Assembly: GCA_964427915.1 (NCBI GenBank)
Contig: CAYRWA010000001.1
Span: 65,619 to 129,618 of the forward strand
Direction of reading: 5' to 3'
DNA from: an uncultured Caldisericota bacterium
Lineage (GTDB): Bacteria; Caldisericota; Caldisericia; UBA6126
DNA length: 64,000 nt
Shown here: piece by piece, positions 31,120 to 39,858 of the stretch
How the letters are laid out: every line of letters starts with the position of its first letter
Numbering within the stretch: the first letter of the stretch is position 1
Made by a program: the position numbers and the translations under genes
The notes under the pieces: model-generated
Database searches by the model: none
Told to the model about the DNA's origin: nothing
The model's input: only the letters and a program-made list of their open reading frames with translations

Positions 31120-31591
31120 AATCCAAATCATCTGCATAGGCAAGATAAAGAACTCCCTTTGGGAGGCTTCTGTCAATGAATATTCGAAAAGAATCTCTCG
31201 GTTTTGCTCCTTAGAAATAGTGGAATTGAAAGAAATTCCCTTACCAGACCACCCAACTCCAAGAATGATTGAAAAAACTCTGCACAAAGAAGGTCTTGAG
31301 ATCGAAGAAAAAAAGAACAAAGAGGCCGCTGGATTTGCTTTGGATATGAAAGGGTCGTCTTTTCATTCCATCGAGTTCTCTCGCTTGTTAAATCAACACT
31401 TGTTTGTACAAGGTCAATCTATTGCATTTATGATTGGTAGCTCGCATGGTTTAAGTTCCACTATAAAAAAGAAATACCCGTGTATTTCTTTTTCCTCTTT
31501 AACATTTCCACACCAACTATGCAGAGTTCTTTTATTGGAACAGATTTTTAGGGGTTTCAAGATTCAAGCTAGAGAAGTGTACCACAAATAA
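31112..31591 (+). CDS. rlmH: 23S rRNA (pseudouridine1915-N3)-methyltransferase RlmH
   Basis: SPOUT family, about 159 aa. MSKIQIICIGKIK start and a C-terminal GSSHGL...SLTFPHQL pattern. Confidence 0.85.
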   Translation: MSKIQIICIGKIKNSLWEASVNEYSKRISRFCSLEIVELKEIPLPDHPTPRMIEKTLHKEGLEIEEKKNKEAAGFALDMKGSSFHSIEFSRLLNQHLFVQGQSIAFMIGSSHGLSSTIKKKYPCISFSSLTFPHQLCRVLLLEQIFRGFKIQAREVYHK

Positions 31592-31631
31592 GTTCCGGGG
31601 TACTCTTCTCATGCCATCCAATACGTCCTTT

Positions 31632-32261
31632 TTAAACAGATATAATAGCTAACCATACAAAGAAAACAATCCATCCAATCCCTGTAGAAAGATAGTAAAC
31701 ACATGCTAAGGGAACGCGATCAAAAGAACGATTTATGGAAAGGCTAACCATTTTTTGAATCCACTTGTTGTCAAACCGCGGTGGGAGTTGTCGCAAGAAA
31801 AATCGTACGGTAAACCGTGATAACCACCGACTATATTCCACCTGCAGACATATCTTTTGATGAGCAGTTCTGTATTGCCTAAAAAAGACAAACCTCCCCG
31901 CAGGCTTCCCTGTCACTATTGCACGTGTTTGTTTTAGGGCAGTTTCCAAAGCATCTATAAATTCTTCTTTTTCAAAATAAAAAAACGAAACGATTCGAAA
32001 TTTTTGGTTCGAGTGCCACACCAAGAACGACACAAAGCCTATAAAAATCAGTACAGACCAAATCCAATGAAAACTATCCTCAAAAAAAAGAGAGGATCCC
32101 GCGAAAAAACTAACCGGGAGAACCCCACAAGCAATGACTATATATAACCTTTGATACTTGCGTGCATCAAGAATAACAGGATTGCGCTTCCACAAAGCGA
32201 TACCAATAAACAATCCTGGCAAACCAAACAAGGCCCACATTAAAAATATCCAAAAGTCCAT
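31632..32261 (-). CDS. Hypothetical multi-pass membrane protein
   Basis: 209 aa with three N-terminal TM helices, a basic cytoplasmic region and a C-terminal TM helix. No motif recognised. Confidence 0.5.
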   Translation of the reverse strand: MDFWIFLMWALFGLPGLFIGIALWKRNPVILDARKYQRLYIVIACGVLPVSFFAGSSLFFEDSFHWIWSVLIFIGFVSFLVWHSNQKFRIVSFFYFEKEEFIDALETALKQTRAIVTGKPAGRFVFFRQYRTAHQKICLQVEYSRWLSRFTVRFFLRQLPPRFDNKWIQKMVSLSINRSFDRVPLACVYYLSTGIGWIVFFVWLAIISV

Positions 32262-32375
32262 CTCATCTCCTTTGCAGAGAATGTTTCACAACAATCAAAA
32301 TGAAAATAGTCTTGATAGCAGTATAACAGTGAAATCAATAGTTTTAGAATACAATTTTTGATGTAAACTTAAACC

Positions 32376-33485
32376 ATGAATATACGCATCTTGTTCAAAC
32401 AACCTCATTGGTTGTATCTTTTTTCTTTAGTAGGGTTGCTTGTTTGGGGTTCAATAGCAATTTTTAGTGCTACACAATCCCTGTACCAAAATACCAATTT
32501 CTTCCAACAACACTTGCTGTACCTTTTTATAGGACTACTAGCTTTTTCCACTGTATCAACTGGTAGTAGCGATCTAGTAAAAGTAAGTGCATGGTTTTTT
32601 TATGCATTCTGTCTTCTTCTGCTCTTAGTGTTGTTTATTCAAAACCAGATACGTCCCTCAGAAGTACCCTTACGATGGATATTTATCGGACGTTTTTCGA
32701 TACAACCTTCGGAACTCATGAAAGTGGGACTTATTTTGGTCCTTGCGCGGTTGTTCTCGGAATCCTCTTCTCCTCCTTTTGTATTGTTTCTACAAAGTCT
32801 ATTTGTTACACTTCTTCCCGTAGGCCTTATCGCTATTCAGCCGGACTTAGGAACAGCCATTTCTTTGTTTGCCATTTTTTTTATCATGACTTTCTTCTCT
32901 CGCATTAACATCCTGTATTTAATCACCTTACTGATAAGTTCTCTTGGAATAATATGGGTATTTCGAAAACAAGTATTTCAAGCCTATCAGTGGAATCGTA
33001 TTCTATCCTTTTTAAACCCACAGCAAGATCCCACAGGAGAGAGCTGGAGCGTTCGTCAAGCTTTAATTGCTATTGGATCTGGTGGAATAAAGGGAAAGGG
33101 ATACTTGCAGGGGACGCAATCCAAAATGGGGTTTTTGCCAGATACGAAGTATTCCGATTTCATTTTTGCTGTAATTGGGGAGGAGTTTGGTTTTTTTGGT
33201 TGCTTTTTTATCATCAGTTTTTTTGGATTGTTGGTAGGCTCTTCTATGTCTATTGCATTTCAAACAAAAGATCTATTTCAGAAATTCGTAGTAGTAGGAG
33301 TGGTAGGGCTATGGTTTGTACAAATTGTCATTAACATTGGTATGAATATTGGCTTGTTGCCGGTTACTGGATTGCCCTTACCGTTTGTTAGTTATGGCGG
33401 TAGCGCTTTGTTTACAAACCTTCTTTGCGCTGGTTTGATCTATCATGTTCACCTTCACAGAGGACAAATTCATTATATCCCTTAA
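32376..33485 (+). CDS. SEDS-family peptidoglycan polymerase (FtsW/RodA)
   Basis: About 10 TM helices with motifs IQPSELMK, QPDLGTA, PDTKYSDFIFAVIGEEFG and LPFVSYGGSA. Confidence 0.9.
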   Translation: MNIRILFKQPHWLYLFSLVGLLVWGSIAIFSATQSLYQNTNFFQQHLLYLFIGLLAFSTVSTGSSDLVKVSAWFFYAFCLLLLLVLFIQNQIRPSEVPLRWIFIGRFSIQPSELMKVGLILVLARLFSESSSPPFVLFLQSLFVTLLPVGLIAIQPDLGTAISLFAIFFIMTFFSRINILYLITLLISSLGIIWVFRKQVFQAYQWNRILSFLNPQQDPTGESWSVRQALIAIGSGGIKGKGYLQGTQSKMGFLPDTKYSDFIFAVIGEEFGFFGCFFIISFFGLLVGSSMSIAFQTKDLFQKFVVVGVVGLWFVQIVINIGMNIGLLPVTGLPLPFVSYGGSALFTNLLCAGLIYHVHLHRGQIHYIP

Positions 33486-33542
33486 ATGATGTGAACAATT
33501 CTTCTGCTCTTTCGAATTTACTATAGGGGGTATACTAGTACT

Positions 33543-36458
33543 ATGAAAAAAATACTGATTTTTATCGTAACAGTTTTTATATGCACATCGCTTTTGTCTA
33601 TACAAACTCCTGTGAAAGGAGTTGAAGATATTTCCGTGGAAGTTCAGCCCCGGAGAATATCGACAAGGGCTGGGTACAAAATTAATTTGAAACTGGAAAA
33701 ACCTTTGCAAGTGCACGATTGGATTAAAATAATCTGGCCCAAAGGAACAGTCCTTCCTTCCTTGCCAGAAAACAAATCAGAAAGAACAGCTGAGTTAACA
33801 AGAATTGTTGAATCTATCTATATTGGCACCTCCCCTTGTTCAGCATGTCAAGGCTTGCCTGTTATTGATTATAGGGAAAACTCTATTCGGTTTAATATTC
33901 ACCTAGAGCTAGATCCCAAAAACCCTGGGTATGAATATGTTTATATACATGTTACCGACAGAGTTGGTATCAAAAACCCTGACACACCAGGGACGTATGA
34001 ATTGAAAATTCAAACGCAATCAGAAAGTGGCACTTTTGATTCACACAGCTACGAAATTGTTGATAGCAAAATTGGCGAACCCACAGGTAAACCTACTGTT
34101 GAAGTAGAGCCCAGCGGTATAAACCACCAAGCTTCTTACCAAGTCGCCTTCACCACGGGAAGAGGGGGTGAGTTATTTATGAATCGCAGCCGCATTCGCG
34201 TTCAATTCCCCCCTGAAACAACGCTGCTGAAAAAAAATCAAGAAATACCTCTTACTAGTATTCGCGTAAATGGTAAACCCTTAGGTCAAATGCCAATGAT
34301 TCTGGATACAACGGTAACTGTCCTTTCACCACTGTATATAGGAAATAGTGAATCGGTGGAAGTTCATTTTGACAAAGAAGCAGGCATTCTAAACCCCTCG
34401 TCACCAGGCTCTTATAGAGTTCTGGTTAGCACATCAGAAGATAGTGACGAAGTTCCCTCGGGGCAGTATGATATAATAAAGCAAAAGCCTACCCTTGAAG
34501 TCATTCCTGCTGTCATCAATAAAAAAGCTTCCTACCATTTTACCTTTGTAGCTGATCAAGACATTATTGCAGATTATCCAATGTACGTGCAATTCCCTGC
34601 TAACGTTAAACTTCCGCGGTATATCGATCCATCTACTACTTTTGTAAACCAGTCCACTGCTTCTTCTGTATCAGTGAGAAATTCATTGTTTATGATCAGC
34701 TCTCAACAGACTATTGTAGCTGGAACCGTGATTGATATTCTAATAAAAGAGAGTGCTGGCATCCAAAATCCACCTACACCAGGTCCGATTACGTTGCAGT
34801 TTAAATGGTTTGATCAGCAACAGTGGGAAGAAACGCAGCCCGTAGACATAGTCAACCCTACGGTGGAATTTACCAAGTTAGAAATAAATCCAAACAATGC
34901 AAATGAAATATCGACTTATACATGCACGATCCAAAACGGAGCAGAAGCAATACGGGCAAATGAATCCATTCAATTCCTCTTCTCAGAGGTATTTCAAATT
35001 CCTTCCCATATAGATCCGAAGACTATCACAATAGCAGGTGTAGAAGCAGTGGAAGCGACCCCTTCCAAAGACTCTGTTGGGATTACGCTGCCCCGGGAAA
35101 TTGATCCCGAAGAAGTGTTTACAGTTGTTTTTCATCGCAGTGCAATGATTAAGAATCCCCCCTCAGGTGATCAATGGATCCATCTCTATGTTTCAACCCC
35201 ATACACAGAAGAGCCAAAACAATCTCCAACTTTGTATCTATACCCCCCCATACCCTACGCTTCAGTGGAATTGTTAGAAGGAGACAAAGGAAAGAAAAAT
35301 TGGTATACATCCCCTCCACTTCTATCCTTTACGGCAAACCAAAAAGACCTTGAAATCCATTTCTGGTTTGATGATGAGACAGAAACACAGCTCTACCATA
35401 AACCACTGACCCTTGAGGTTGGACAATATACCACAACCCTCTACTACTATGCTCAGAATTCCTATGAAAAAGGTCCCTTGCAAGAAGAACTTATCAAAAT
35501 AGACACTATTCAGCCAGAACTAACCATCACGCAACCCATACAGCCTATTACCTATACATCTTCAACACAGTTTGTAATGAAAGGTAGAATTCTTACACAA
35601 GGTCTTCAGACACCCCAAAGCAGTTCTTACAACATGGACATAGATAGTCTTGAAATCAACAATGAAAAAGTTGAGTTCCATCAAGACGAAGAAACCATGC
35701 AGTATTATTTCTCGTTCTCCATTTCTTTGGACGAGGGAGAAAACAACATTGTGGTTGCAGCGTATGATGAAGCAGGAAATGTTTCTGAAAAACAATTTCA
35801 AATCATTTGTGATACCATTGCTCCCGACATACTAATTTCCTTTCCTACTGCCGATTCTCCAACCTTCCAGAAAAGTTTTGAAGTGCTAGGAAAAACAGAA
35901 CCATTCACTGAGTTGTATATAAACAATGAACTCATTTTTGTAGACAGAGAGGGCAACTTTGCCCATCCAATGCGCGTCGATTCTGTTGGCAAATCCACCC
36001 TACAGGTAGAAGCAATTGATAAAAGTGGCAATCGCTCAGAGCGATCCATTGATATATGGGCAGGAATTACCTTGCAGCTAACCATTGGATCGCAAAAAAC
36101 TTTTTCTAACGGCGCCTCTCTACGTATTGACACAGCACCATTTATTACAAATGGCCGTACGATGATTCCATTTCGATATATTGGAGAATCTCTTCAAGCC
36201 ACTATTGATTTTAGAAATGATTCGGTTACAAAAAGAGTTGTAGAAGTACGATATGAAAAAGAAAACACTCTCATTGTTTTAGTTATTGGAAACAGAAAAG
36301 CCACTGTAAATGGCCGAGAAGTTGAGCTAGATGCACCTCCATCTATCATCAATGGGAGAACCATGGTGCCATTGCGTTTTGTGGCCGAAGAACTTGGTTG
36401 CACATTGCAGTGGGATGGAGATTTGCAAAGAATAACTATTACATACCCTGCGTGGTAA
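33543..36458 (+). CDS. Large secreted surface protein: four ~110-aa repeat modules, Ig-like domains and a C-terminal copper-amine-oxidase-N-like double repeat
   Basis: Signal peptide. Modules start VEVQP, PTVEVEP, PTLEVIP and PTVEFT, each ending in a (G/A)I(K/L/Q)NP(P/S/D)xPG motif. There are two GxNxIxVxAxDxAGN Ig-like units. C-terminal repeats: GRTMIPFRYIGESL and GRTMVPLRFVAEELGCTLQWDG. Confidence 0.75.
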   Translation: MKKILIFIVTVFICTSLLSIQTPVKGVEDISVEVQPRRISTRAGYKINLKLEKPLQVHDWIKIIWPKGTVLPSLPENKSERTAELTRIVESIYIGTSPCSACQGLPVIDYRENSIRFNIHLELDPKNPGYEYVYIHVTDRVGIKNPDTPGTYELKIQTQSESGTFDSHSYEIVDSKIGEPTGKPTVEVEPSGINHQASYQVAFTTGRGGELFMNRSRIRVQFPPETTLLKKNQEIPLTSIRVNGKPLGQMPMILDTTVTVLSPLYIGNSESVEVHFDKEAGILNPSSPGSYRVLVSTSEDSDEVPSGQYDIIKQKPTLEVIPAVINKKASYHFTFVADQDIIADYPMYVQFPANVKLPRYIDPSTTFVNQSTASSVSVRNSLFMISSQQTIVAGTVIDILIKESAGIQNPPTPGPITLQFKWFDQQQWEETQPVDIVNPTVEFTKLEINPNNANEISTYTCTIQNGAEAIRANESIQFLFSEVFQIPSHIDPKTITIAGVEAVEATPSKDSVGITLPREIDPEEVFTVVFHRSAMIKNPPSGDQWIHLYVSTPYTEEPKQSPTLYLYPPIPYASVELLEGDKGKKNWYTSPPLLSFTANQKDLEIHFWFDDETETQLYHKPLTLEVGQYTTTLYYYAQNSYEKGPLQEELIKIDTIQPELTITQPIQPITYTSSTQFVMKGRILTQGLQTPQSSSYNMDIDSLEINNEKVEFHQDEETMQYYFSFSISLDEGENNIVVAAYDEAGNVSEKQFQIICDTIAPDILISFPTADSPTFQKSFEVLGKTEPFTELYINNELIFVDREGNFAHPMRVDSVGKSTLQVEAIDKSGNRSERSIDIWAGITLQLTIGSQKTFSNGASLRIDTAPFITNGRTMIPFRYIGESLQATIDFRNDSVTKRVVEVRYEKENTLIVLVIGNRKATVNGREVELDAPPSIINGRTMVPLRFVAEELGCTLQWDGDLQRITITYPAW

Positions 36459-36468
36459 AGGAGGAAGA

Positions 36469-37287
36469 ATGAACCGACCTATGAGATTTGCTGGACCTCA
36501 CATGTTTTATCCTAACGATCCTATTGAAATCATCCAATGGAAAGAAAAAATCCTTTCCCAATGGGAACCATCCTTTCCTTCTTTTCAATCTGCTTACGCA
36601 GCTATTGTACCTCATGCTGGTTTCATATATTCTGGATCGGTTGCATTAAAAACACTATCTTCTATACCCTTACCCGAAACAGTTGTCATCATTGGGGTCA
36701 ATCATACTGGTATCGGAAGACCTTTGTCTGTATGGCCTACGGGGAAGTGGGAAACACCCTTTGGTTGGATACCCGTAGATGAAGAATTGGCAAGTGATAT
36801 GATTAAACAAGACCCTCACTTTGAATCCGATTGCAAAGCACACCTAGAAGAACATTCTATTGAAGTAATCTTATCTCTCTTGGCTTCTTTCACTACCAAT
36901 ATCAAAGTGCTTCCTATCACGATGGGGTATCAGGATGTGAAAACTACAGAAGAACTGGGAAACATTTTAGTTGCATTGTCAAACAATCGTCACATTTTTG
37001 TTATTGCCTCTTGCGATATGTCTCACTATGTATCCAAAGAAAAGGCTTTATCTGATGATCAAAAAGTTCTAGATCATTGGTATGCACTTCGTTGGAAAGA
37101 AGCAATTGAAACTGTTGAACGCAACAATTTCTCCGTTTGTGGAGTAGGTCCTGGTTCAGCCGCTAGCCTCTTTGCAGCCAAAAAAGGGGCACAGAGAGGT
37201 TTGTTACTAGACCATACCCATTCCGGGGAAGTCACTGGTGATACTGATGCAGTTGTGTCCTATGCGGGAGTTTTGTTCGTTTCATGA
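36469..37287 (+). CDS. Memo-like protein (AmmeMemoRadiSam system protein B family)
   Basis: AAIVPHAGFIYSG, GVNHTG and EHSIEV motifs, with His/Asp/Cys metal ligands in the expected order. Confidence 0.8.
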   Translation: MNRPMRFAGPHMFYPNDPIEIIQWKEKILSQWEPSFPSFQSAYAAIVPHAGFIYSGSVALKTLSSIPLPETVVIIGVNHTGIGRPLSVWPTGKWETPFGWIPVDEELASDMIKQDPHFESDCKAHLEEHSIEVILSLLASFTTNIKVLPITMGYQDVKTTEELGNILVALSNNRHIFVIASCDMSHYVSKEKALSDDQKVLDHWYALRWKEAIETVERNNFSVCGVGPGSAASLFAAKKGAQRGLLLDHTHSGEVTGDTDAVVSYAGVLFVS

Positions 37288-38651
37288 AACGACTGCTCCA
37301 GGGTATCGTTTTTGTTTTTGTTATAGGCTTGTTTGCTCTGCTTTCTATCAAGCATCTGTCCATAGCTACCTGTGATCGATTGTTCCTATTTACCCTCGAA
37401 AATGAATTTCAAGAGTCTCTTTCCTTACAATGTTTATGCTCAGATTCCTTGGAAGGGAAAGGATGGCTTATTTTTGAAAGCCCTTCGTATACCCCCCCTG
37501 TGCCAATCTCATATTTTGCCAACAATACGAATGTAACTACAGATCTATCCAATTTTCCTGTTGGGGACTACCGCGTGCAGTTAATGACGTATACTGATCG
37601 CAAAGCTGTCGTTTCAAATTGGATCCACTTTTCTGTAACGTCTGAAGCACCCCACCTATGGCTTTCAGATGATATGTCAACACCTCTTTATCACAAAGAA
37701 ACGACTTGTACCTTTACGTGTATCAGTTCACAGCCACTCAGAGAAGCCTATTTTACGCTCCACAATCAACGCTACTCTCTGCATCCCAATTCATCACAAG
37801 AATGGACTTTTCATGGTGATTTACCCTTGCAAAATGGTCGTAATACCCTTTTAATACATGGCACAAACCACCATCATGTAGCCAACCAACTACCTATTGA
37901 TATTGTATACAAAAAACCAACAACAGCTCAACAGGTAGTGGTCCTAGGGTATCACAATATCGGCACTTACAAACAAGAATGGGTGGTTTTCCCGGAAACA
38001 TTCGAACATCATATTCAGTACTTGCATGACAATGGCTATTATTTTTGTACTCCGAGTGAAGTGTTACTTTTTAACAAACACAAAATTTCCTTGCCTGAAA
38101 AGTCTGTATTGATTACATTTGACGATGGATGTAGCGGAGTTTTTACGCACGCACTTGCGATACTACAAAAATACAATGCTAAAGCCACGCTCTTTGTCAT
38201 TAATTCAGTAATCGGGACACCTGGATACCTTACATGGGAAGAGCTAGATTCTATTATGGAATCTGGTTTGTTCACGCTGGGATCTCATTCGTACAATCTC
38301 CATGGGTGGGTTGACTATACAATGCTACCCGATGGTGGTTATATTTCAAAGCTCCATCACCTGCGGGAAGAAACTTGGGATGAATATCTAAACCGTGTTC
38401 GTCAAGATCTACAACAATCTCGCAATGAACTCTATGAAAGATACCAACAACCTATTTTGTTTTTTGCCTACCCTTTTGGGGAATACCCTGCTCAATCTAT
38501 CAAACGGGTACAAGAATGTGGTTTTCTTGGTGCTTTCACTTTCAATAAATCTGAGTGTTATGTCACTCATTCTACCCATCCCTATGCAATGGATCGACTG
38601 CCTGTGTTTGAAAATTCCAATCTTCAAGATCTATTGTTGGACACAGGATAA
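37284..38651 (+). CDS. Membrane-anchored polysaccharide deacetylase (NodB domain) with an unknown ~210-aa N-terminal ectodomain
   Basis: TM helix. NodB motifs ITFDDGCSG, ATLFV, GSHSYNLH and FAYPFG. Confidence 0.8.
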   Translation: MKRLLQGIVFVFVIGLFALLSIKHLSIATCDRLFLFTLENEFQESLSLQCLCSDSLEGKGWLIFESPSYTPPVPISYFANNTNVTTDLSNFPVGDYRVQLMTYTDRKAVVSNWIHFSVTSEAPHLWLSDDMSTPLYHKETTCTFTCISSQPLREAYFTLHNQRYSLHPNSSQEWTFHGDLPLQNGRNTLLIHGTNHHHVANQLPIDIVYKKPTTAQQVVVLGYHNIGTYKQEWVVFPETFEHHIQYLHDNGYYFCTPSEVLLFNKHKISLPEKSVLITFDDGCSGVFTHALAILQKYNAKATLFVINSVIGTPGYLTWEELDSIMESGLFTLGSHSYNLHGWVDYTMLPDGGYISKLHHLREETWDEYLNRVRQDLQQSRNELYERYQQPILFFAYPFGEYPAQSIKRVQECGFLGAFTFNKSECYVTHSTHPYAMDRLPVFENSNLQDLLLDTG

Positions 38652-38843
38652 GAAAAATAGAGCATTACAACCTACACGATTGTTTAGTAAAAAAGTAACA
38701 CTTCACTACTTTTCCTTCCTATATATCTTAGTATAATGATGAATCTACTCAAAAAGAAGCAACCTTGTGAAAGCAAAACCTAAGGATGCTGATCATAAAG
38801 AACACCCCCCTTTTTCGTCCATAACATTATTATTGGAGGTAGT

Positions 38844-39782
38844 ATGCGAATTGTAATAGCTATTGGTGGTAATTCTCTTATTCGAAGTAAAAAAGAAAAT
38901 AGTATCTTTGATCAACTACAACAGGTAAAACAGACGGTCCAAAGCATAAAGGATCTGTTGCTTGGAGATTACGAAGTTGTAATTACACATGGCAATGGAC
39001 CCCAAGTAGGTTTTTTGCTTCAGATGCAAGAAAAAATGTCTGACAATATTCCCACTATGCCAATCGATTACTGCGTTGCTAATACACAAGGTAGTATCGG
39101 GTACCAGATTCAATGTGCCATACAAAATCAGCTTCTCGAGGGATCTTCATCAAAAAGAGTTGTCTCTATTGTAACCCAATGCGAGGTAGAAGAGGACGAT
39201 ACCGCTTTTGATAATCCAAGCAAACCCATCGGTTCCTTCTATTCCCTCGACGAAATAACAAAACGGGCAAAAGAATTTGGTTGGCAATTTGTCGAAGATT
39301 CTGGAAGAGGGTATCGACGAGTGGTTGCTTCCCCAAAACCTACATTGATTCTGGAAAAGGATAGCATACAAACCCTCTTACAAAACAACACAATTGTTAT
39401 TGCAGCTGGTGGCGGGGGTATCCCTGTCATACGACATGGTCGTGGTTATCAGGGAATAGAGGCCGTGATTGACAAAGACTATGCATCGTCTCTTTTGGCT
39501 CAAGAAATTGATGCCGACCTCCTCGTCATATCGACAGGGGTCCCGTATGTGTCTCTTGATTTTGGTACTCCTCAAGAAAAACCACTTCGAGAAGTATCTG
39601 CTCGCATGATGAAAGAATATCTTTCCCAGAATCATTTTGGAAAAGGTAGTATGGAGCCAAAAATAATAGCAGGTCTTCAGTTTACAGAATGTACAAAAAA
39701 GCCTACAATAATTACCAGTCCTGAAAACATTGAAAAAGCACTAGAAGGTAAAACGGGAACAAAAATCACTCCCAATTTGTAA
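38844..39782 (+). CDS. arcC: Carbamate kinase
   Basis: MRIVIAIGGNSL, THGNGPQVG and AAGGGGIPV. An RBS (ggaggt) lies upstream. Confidence 0.9.
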   Translation: MRIVIAIGGNSLIRSKKENSIFDQLQQVKQTVQSIKDLLLGDYEVVITHGNGPQVGFLLQMQEKMSDNIPTMPIDYCVANTQGSIGYQIQCAIQNQLLEGSSSKRVVSIVTQCEVEEDDTAFDNPSKPIGSFYSLDEITKRAKEFGWQFVEDSGRGYRRVVASPKPTLILEKDSIQTLLQNNTIVIAAGGGGIPVIRHGRGYQGIEAVIDKDYASSLLAQEIDADLLVISTGVPYVSLDFGTPQEKPLREVSARMMKEYLSQNHFGKGSMEPKIIAGLQFTECTKKPTIITSPENIEKALEGKTGTKITPNL

Positions 39783-39858
39783 CTTTTCTCCAAGTAGAAG
39801 GTATATAGTAAAGGTATCATTTCCGACAAATTTGGTTTCGGACAGAGGTGGAACATTT

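Noticed and set aside
33543-36458. Large repeat protein as a diversity-generating retroelement target or phase-variable adhesin.
   Set aside because: There is no reverse transcriptase, no template/variable repeat pair at the nucleotide level, and the internal modules are similar only at the protein-pattern level.
38652-38843. The 190-nt region upstream of arcC as a riboswitch or leader. A TATAAT lies at 38732-38737, followed by a ~100-nt leader with AAGCAA(A)CCT direct repeats.
   Set aside because: I cannot match it to any riboswitch consensus I know, and no convincing terminator/antiterminator pair is visible. It is probably just a promoter plus 5' UTR.
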